Assembly (NCBI RefSeq): GCF_003308995.1
Contig: NZ_QFFJ01000001.1
Coordinates: forward strand, 3,081,605 to 3,113,604
Direction: 5' to 3'
From: Chitinophaga flava
GTDB lineage: Bacteria > Bacteroidota > Bacteroidia > Chitinophagales > Chitinophagaceae
Length of the DNA stretch: 32,000 nucleotides
Shown here: positions 27,301-32,000 of the stretch, piece after piece
Layout of the letters: the number at the start of each line of letters is the position of its first letter
Position numbering within the stretch: the stretch's first letter is position 1
Position numbers and translations under genes: made by a program
Notes under the pieces: generated by a model
Databases searched by the model: none
Told to the model about the DNA's origin: nothing
The model's input: the letters and a program-made list of their open reading frames with translations, nothing else

Positions 27301-29668
27301 AAACGCATTATTGATACAACCTGCAGATATTACTATACAGTCTAAAAACAGTGATGGTAGCTCTTGGCCGCTGACCATTTTGGATGGAGATCAATATGTT
27401 ACAAGAACGGCCATCCTGGGAGGGAATGAATTTGTGATAACAGCAGTGGATGATGTTAATAAGACTATTACTGTTAACTGCTCTACACTTAATGAGCTAA
27501 ATATTCCAAATACAGTCCCCAATACCGATGTTATTAAGGTTGAGTGTAAAGTCTATTCTACAGGAAATCTTTTCTACAGCAACGATTTCAACCGCCCAGG
27601 CGGTGGTCTTAGGGTGAAAACACTTTCCGTACAGTCTACACAGAATACTGCTACCACGATGTATGACTACTCCAATGCCGACAATCCCGCAATTAGTTCA
27701 GGGGTAACCTCATACGAACCATCTGTATTTGATTATTGCGAGGTATCCCGTTATCCAGCGGTTGCGAGTGGCGAAAATCAGTATAAAAAAGAACTGTACA
27801 AGAATATCAACTACCTGCTTACTATTGCCAGGGAGGTTACTCCTCCCGGAGTAGTGTATAAGAATGTATCCGTTCGTACAAAAGTGACTTCTCCTGATGG
27901 TACAGAACGCGCTACAGCAGGGCGTACTGTTTATGAATTTGAGGTATTCAATGAAAACATGATTTCACGTCATAAAGTCGGTTTGGGAACTACCTCCGGC
28001 TATTATCATAATAATCCAAGCTCCGGAAGTCTGAATGTCGGTAACAACCAGACAATTCAGAACCTAACAGCTGCCGTAGGATTATTAAAACGGACAACCA
28101 CTTATGATGTGAATGATAAACCATTGGCCAGTACTAACTATATGTTTGAGCATGGCACTTTTGGTTCACCCAACCCTGCTTTCCTGGATATCTATTACAA
28201 TGGTTTAAATAAGTACAATTACCAGGGTGTTACTTCGGAGAGATCTTTTGAAGAAAAATACGTGTATAATCCAGCCACCAGCCAGAATAAGGTAATGCTG
28301 ACCATGAGTGCAAAAGAAACTTATCCGGTAATACCCACAGGTGTAACAACAACAGATTATAAAACGGGAACATCCACTGCCAAATACTATAATGGATACG
28401 ACTTCTATAGTGGAGAGATTACTAAAACTGTCACAAGGGATATTTACGGTAACGCATTTGCTACCGAAGTCATTCCCGCCTACAGGAAGTATCCTCAAAT
28501 GGGGCTGATGGTCAATAATAGTGCTAACAAGAATATGCTGACTCAAACTGCCGGCTCATATACTTATGTGCTGGGCAATGGTGTAAATGCAGGCGTAGTC
28601 AGTGCGAGCGCAACCATCTGGGGAAATCAGACTCCGGTACTCAATCCTGATAACAGTGGAACTACATTGGTCCAAAACACTTCATCCGTTGGTAATGTAT
28701 GGAGAAAACAACAGGAATACATCTGGCGTCCGGATGTAATCAAACCTGATGGAGTAGTGCCTATGGCGGAATTTACAGACATCAACTGGACCAATCCGCT
28801 GGCATCCAATTCCGCGTGGAAAAAAGCAGTAGAGGTAACATTGTACAGCGCCAATTCCCACCCATTGGAAACTGTAGACATCAACGGTGCTTATGGCGCA
28901 ACCAAATATGGATACAAAGATAGCCGCAAGGTGCTGACAGTTACACCAGCTCAGTACAGCCAGGTTGCTTTCTCCGGTGCTGAAGATGAGTTGATCGGAT
29001 CTGCGTTCAGCTCAGGAGTGAATCCTGGTGATGGAACCATTGAAACCAGCACCACCTTCCCTGCAACCCTGGCACATACGGGGTATAACAGCCTTCGTAC
29101 AGCAGCTGCCAAACAAGGTTTTAACTATACCGTTCCTGTTGCTGCCTCACAACTGAATGTACAATACCAGGCAAGTGTTTGGGTAAAAAGTGTAGCTGGT
29201 GGCCAGCCCTCAGCTAATATCTATTACCAGGTGAATGGTGGCACCCCAACACCGGCAACAGTAACGGCTACACGTAAGTCCGGCGACTGGTACTTATTGA
29301 CCTTGGTAACGCCCACCTCTGCTTCAGCCAGTGCTGGCTCCAGCATTAAATTCGGATGCACTAATACAGGTGCAACAGATGTGGTATTTGATGATTTCAG
29401 AGTACATCCGGTAAGCGCCAGCTCGACTGCTTTCGTATATGATAAAACCAGTGGAGAATTAACTTACATACTGGACAATAAGAATATCTATACCAGATAT
29501 AATTATGATTCAGGCGGGAAATTAATCGGTACTTATAAGGAAATTATTGGAACTGGCGAGAAGAAAGTCTATGAGTATGAATATAATTATGGCAAAGGCT
29601 GTATCGCTGCCAATAATTTGAGCATCCCCAAAGTAGATTTTTATAAACAGCATTTTGGGTTGATATAA
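24365..29668 (+). CDS. giant secreted protein with SpvB/TcaC-like N-terminal domain, G/S/V-rich low-complexity segment and C-terminal CBM-like jelly-roll
   Basis: 1767 aa with signal peptide HLAMFFLALLVYQIGFPAAAYA. The N-terminus (TSGPTAPEATSFEPVDTTDMVNLQTGDFTYNLPLLEVPGPEGGYPLSLSYHAGIQVGEDASWTGLGWTLNPGAITRN) follows the SpvB/TcB N-terminal pattern. AHTGYNSLR...WVKS...VVFDDFRVHP (nt ~29070-29410) resembles CBM4/9-type modules. The C-terminus has a YD-like repeat (YTRYNYDSGGKLIGTY). Confidence 0.7.
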   Translation: MITSKERLRKHLAMFFLALLVYQIGFPAAAYALTSGPTAPEATSFEPVDTTDMVNLQTGDFTYNLPLLEVPGPEGGYPLSLSYHAGIQVGEDASWTGLGWTLNPGAITRNVNGYPDDWFSETQLRRDYWEGGQTNTYNVGVSVGIANTPATVSFGLAFSQDTYQGFGVGGSVGVGANYGPLHIGAEVGVTPFGQSYQSIGFSASTSSGGSLGVSVSGGLSTSGGYAGVSAGNSFLGASMGTNGLSMIVGEGITGTTNNDRSGEISTKSSGLSVDIPIGYVNIRLGYNHTRYWSDENVNIPAHGSLNLTGWNMLDNHAYDCYSLLNYDPANYNATNIVDNSDPDVLQGGTFPDYDNYVVTAQGLAGTMRPYGFQNYVARQNRSNSNRTTIMYVCPGQTNTFNMLGKQPQFRFDNDFSNQYRQNFNDIDVVNVYAMNLPAPFDPNPVYGNNDGTYGYNTATTQLAGSRSIRTIDYATLFGASDKKGFLYPSGTTGFVYNSALAKSIGGFAVTNSSGVTYHYSLPAYSYNESIYSEKIDPSKGPGQSKSFNRQVKPGKYAYTWYLTGVTGPDYVDKNNNGILDEGDWGYWVKFEYGKWTDTYCWRNPETGFAPDIDNKFQNASKGQKEVYYLNAIKTRSHTALFVKDLRTDARGASPTIMQSTGDTESVGAYDGNSAYSLSLNRILLYNNADLPALNMNSSSELNIAAHYAGNVLDKYDVADPSFLQKAFRVIDFKYDLSLCFYTPNSFSGSSTRVTAGKLTLNQLVVRGKGGACMLPSTDFQYEVDDTNMGTITASTAPGSNSIGNITCSNIANGQYNVGDILNIYIGRGRYSGVITKKYSATSYDVKYFPGMASGGGSGTCYITKNPIYLQDAKDIWGLYKSDYDAAAYAQNSNIGGARTYASAGSADAWSLRKITTQLGAKIRVEYESDVYNKAVLNSSSSSVINNFSYNSTTKQLSFKVNSIGDGLSLSNTYKVGTKLNALLIQPADITIQSKNSDGSSWPLTILDGDQYVTRTAILGGNEFVITAVDDVNKTITVNCSTLNELNIPNTVPNTDVIKVECKVYSTGNLFYSNDFNRPGGGLRVKTLSVQSTQNTATTMYDYSNADNPAISSGVTSYEPSVFDYCEVSRYPAVASGENQYKKELYKNINYLLTIAREVTPPGVVYKNVSVRTKVTSPDGTERATAGRTVYEFEVFNENMISRHKVGLGTTSGYYHNNPSSGSLNVGNNQTIQNLTAAVGLLKRTTTYDVNDKPLASTNYMFEHGTFGSPNPAFLDIYYNGLNKYNYQGVTSERSFEEKYVYNPATSQNKVMLTMSAKETYPVIPTGVTTTDYKTGTSTAKYYNGYDFYSGEITKTVTRDIYGNAFATEVIPAYRKYPQMGLMVNNSANKNMLTQTAGSYTYVLGNGVNAGVVSASATIWGNQTPVLNPDNSGTTLVQNTSSVGNVWRKQQEYIWRPDVIKPDGVVPMAEFTDINWTNPLASNSAWKKAVEVTLYSANSHPLETVDINGAYGATKYGYKDSRKVLTVTPAQYSQVAFSGAEDELIGSAFSSGVNPGDGTIETSTTFPATLAHTGYNSLRTAAAKQGFNYTVPVAASQLNVQYQASVWVKSVAGGQPSANIYYQVNGGTPTPATVTATRKSGDWYLLTLVTPTSASASAGSSIKFGCTNTGATDVVFDDFRVHPVSASSTAFVYDKTSGELTYILDNKNIYTRYNYDSGGKLIGTYKEIIGTGEKKVYEYEYNYGKGCIAANNLSIPKVDFYKQHFGLI

Positions 29669-29722
29669 AAATGATGATACCCTGATTGTCTGATTTTTGT
29701 TTTATCCATTATTTTTTAGATT

Positions 29723-32000
29723 ATGACTAGTCTGATTAGTAAACATATTAAAAACCGAACAATACCAGTGGCTGCCTGCATGCTAATGAGCATGGCAGCT
29801 GCTGCTCAAACGGTTTCAAGTGGCTCCCTCATCACATTGCCAACCAGTGGTAGCAGTCTTACCATCCCCGCGGGTCAGGTAGCGAACTATAAAAGCGCGA
29901 TTGGCATTGAAATGAACCCGGAGGTGACAATTGAACAGGGGGCAGAGGTCACTTTTGAAGTGGGTAGCGTTACTGTAAATGGTCCCGGAAACTGGCGCCT
30001 GACCAGGGCCTTTGGACTCAATAACGCTGTGGGCGCAGAAGTAAGGTCATTTTATGACGACCGGGGAGTAATGTTACAATACCAGAAACGTGATATGGTA
30101 AGCGGCAATGTACTGGCCAGCCAGATAATTTATGATTATCTGGGCAGACCAGTACTCACCACCCTGATGGCTCCCACGTTGAAGAATACACTGGAATACC
30201 AAAGTGACTTTGTACAAAATGCAGCCGGCACTCCGTATACAGCCGCCAATTTCGATCTCGCCAAAATGAATACACCGGATGCGCTGGGCAATACAAATCC
30301 AGGTACCCTTGGATGGTATTACAGTAACAATAACTCACAGGAACCTTATGTGGGAGCTACCGGGTACCCCTATACGATGACCGACTATTACAATGATGGA
30401 AGTAATGAAATACGAAAAAGCGGTGGTATCGGTGAACAGTTAAAAATGGGCAGTGGTCATGAAGCCAGAACTTTTAACTCAAGGGTGGTAAATGAACTAG
30501 ACCACTACCTTGCAGTAAGAAATAAGTTTTTTGCCACCACCCAAATGGGAGAGTTGCCAGGAGCACTGGGATATCCGGCAACTATCAGTTATAATAAGAA
30601 TAAAAACGGACAGGAAACAGTGGTGATATCAGATGGTAGCGGACATGTGCTGATGAGTGCACAACCAGGAACCGGACTCACTGTTAACAATTACTATGGA
30701 TTCGATAGTCCCAACTATTTCTTCCGGATTTTCACGCCTACTGTTATCGATTATGGAGGGACCTATCAGTTCACCGTCTATGATATGAATACAGAGCAGC
30801 CTGTGAGTTTATCTCCCAACGGGACTTTACCTGCCGGCTATTATAAAATGGTTAAAGGAGCATTCACGGGTAGCAATAACATGGGATTAGCACCTTACAT
30901 CCGTTACGCTACCAGCTTTAGCAAAATCAATTATAGTTTTTATAATCAGCATGGTCAACTGGTTGCATTTATACCTGTAGAAGGGGTAAATAAACTACTG
31001 GGCACTGGTATAAACAACTATGCCAACAAGTCTGACATTCCCTACATTTCAACCAGAGAATATAATCAGGCTGGGTTGCTGAGCGCAGTGACAGACAAAG
31101 AAAGCGGACGCATTGAATTTACCTATCGTAAGGATGGCAACATTCGTTTTTCGCAAAATGCGCAACAGCGTGCATCTGGTAAATATTCCTATATTAATTA
31201 CGATAAGGTAGCTCGTAATATTGAAAGTGGCGAATTTACTCCATCTGCCGGAGGCATTTCATTTAGCCCTACCGGCATGTCCAATCTGGAAAGCACAGCT
31301 ACAGATGGGGGACTGGGTGCTGGCACAAAATCAGACTGGACCCGCAGGACATACGATGTGGCAGTGGCTACGGGTGTTGCAGGGTATACACAGGATGATT
31401 ATACTTTAGCCAGAGGTATATCATATTCTGAGAACAGCTCAGGTTCCAAAACATGGTATAATTATAATGATCAGGAAACGGTTGTCTGGATGGTACAGTA
31501 TATCCCAGGCCTGGGGTATAAAACGATCGATTATACCTACGACGAAATGGGAAATCTGACTAAAAGGGTTTTCCAGAAAAATACACCGGCAGAAACCTTT
31601 GCACAATTCTTTGACTACGATCAGAATTTACGCCTGAAAGCTGTGTATGCTGCTACTTCTGATAATGCTGCTGCTAAAACCCTTCAGGCTAAATACATTT
31701 ATTATCTCCATGGTCCGCTCAAGCGTGTGGAACTGGGAAGTAATGTCCAGGGCATCGATTTTAGCTATACAGCTGCAGGATCTCTGAAAGCGATCAACAA
31801 CGCCAACCGGGACCAGGATCCGGGCAAGGATGGTATTACCGGTACCAATGCAGGTTTTGCAAAGGATGCTTTTGGGATGAATATAGATTATTACAATCAG
31901 GATTACTCCAGGAATAACAGCAACATTGGAAACATCCCTGTGGATAACGGTCTGGCGCCAGATCAATTTGGTGGTAATATCAAGTCTCTCAACTGGCACT
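29723..32000 (+). CDS. RHS/YD-repeat protein, N-terminal part (3'-truncated by the window end)
   Basis: Not in the supplied ORF track because it has no stop in the window. I translated it by hand from the ATG at 29723 (an in-frame TAG lies at 29717-29719) and it stays open to nt 32000 (>759 codons). Signal peptide MTSLISKHIKNRTIPVAACMLMSMAAAAQ. YD repeats include FYDDRGVMLQY, EYNQAGLLSAVTDKESGRIEFTYRKDGNIRF, YTYDEMGNLTKRVF, FFDYDQNLRLKAVY, YIYYLHGPLKRVELG and GIDFSYTAAGSLKAINN. Confidence 0.8.
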   Translation, partial: MTSLISKHIKNRTIPVAACMLMSMAAAAQTVSSGSLITLPTSGSSLTIPAGQVANYKSAIGIEMNPEVTIEQGAEVTFEVGSVTVNGPGNWRLTRAFGLNNAVGAEVRSFYDDRGVMLQYQKRDMVSGNVLASQIIYDYLGRPVLTTLMAPTLKNTLEYQSDFVQNAAGTPYTAANFDLAKMNTPDALGNTNPGTLGWYYSNNNSQEPYVGATGYPYTMTDYYNDGSNEIRKSGGIGEQLKMGSGHEARTFNSRVVNELDHYLAVRNKFFATTQMGELPGALGYPATISYNKNKNGQETVVISDGSGHVLMSAQPGTGLTVNNYYGFDSPNYFFRIFTPTVIDYGGTYQFTVYDMNTEQPVSLSPNGTLPAGYYKMVKGAFTGSNNMGLAPYIRYATSFSKINYSFYNQHGQLVAFIPVEGVNKLLGTGINNYANKSDIPYISTREYNQAGLLSAVTDKESGRIEFTYRKDGNIRFSQNAQQRASGKYSYINYDKVARNIESGEFTPSAGGISFSPTGMSNLESTATDGGLGAGTKSDWTRRTYDVAVATGVAGYTQDDYTLARGISYSENSSGSKTWYNYNDQETVVWMVQYIPGLGYKTIDYTYDEMGNLTKRVFQKNTPAETFAQFFDYDQNLRLKAVYAATSDNAAAKTLQAKYIYYLHGPLKRVELGSNVQGIDFSYTAAGSLKAINNANRDQDPGKDGITGTNAGFAKDAFGMNIDYYNQDYSRNNSNIGNIPVDNGLAPDQFGGNIKSLNWH

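Noticed and set aside
31628-31999. 123-aa minus-strand ORF at the right edge
   Set aside because: It is antisense to the hand-translated RHS/YD-repeat ORF, which is open for more than 759 codons with clear repeats.
1-32000. CRISPR arrays, rRNA genes, IS elements/transposases and prophage structural genes
   Set aside because: I saw no short regularly spaced repeats, no rRNA-like sequence and no transposase- or integrase-like ORF in any frame. The only long repeat is the 103-bp pair reported above.

Overview
No database or HMM search was run; all function calls rest on motif recognition by eye. The window looks like a chromosomal segment of a Bacteroidota genome, probably Chitinophagaceae/Sphingobacteriia-like. 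That is an inference from the CarboxypepD_reg-type TonB-dependent receptor, TAnnTTTG-like promoter boxes, a Bacteroidetes-style GG-leader peptide and the SpvB/RHS giant proteins. Nt 84-8545 is a canonical, tightly packed recD-recC-recB operon, followed by a convergent PTH2-type peptidyl-tRNA hydrolase whose stop codon overlaps that of recB. The rest is accessory-looking. (1) An AT-rich two-gene block (9812-11853) of tandem AlkB-like 2OG-Fe(II) dioxygenase paralogs abuts the 3' end of tRNA-Gly(CCC) (11875-11947, minus). (2) An epoxide-hydrolase/AraC cassette is bracketed by 103-bp direct repeats (101/103 identical) that each carry an intrinsic terminator. (3) A response-regulator/histidine-kinase/TonB-receptor operon has matching 11-bp-phased direct repeats upstream of two of its genes. 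(4) There is a block of GT2-like, lipoprotein, fibre-like and GT11-like genes. (5) A 60-aa double-glycine-leader, Cys/Thr-rich peptide gene has no maturase anywhere in the window. It is followed by a long hairpin and a 549-bp AT-rich spacer. (6) A 1767-aa SpvB-N-terminal-like secreted protein is followed by an RHS/YD-repeat protein that runs off the window; this ORF is absent from the supplied ORF track. The best candidates for something undescribed are the tandem dioxygenase island, the orphan RiPP-like peptide upstream of the SpvB-like/RHS pair, and the repeat-bounded cassette. I found no CRISPR array, rRNA, integrase or transposase.
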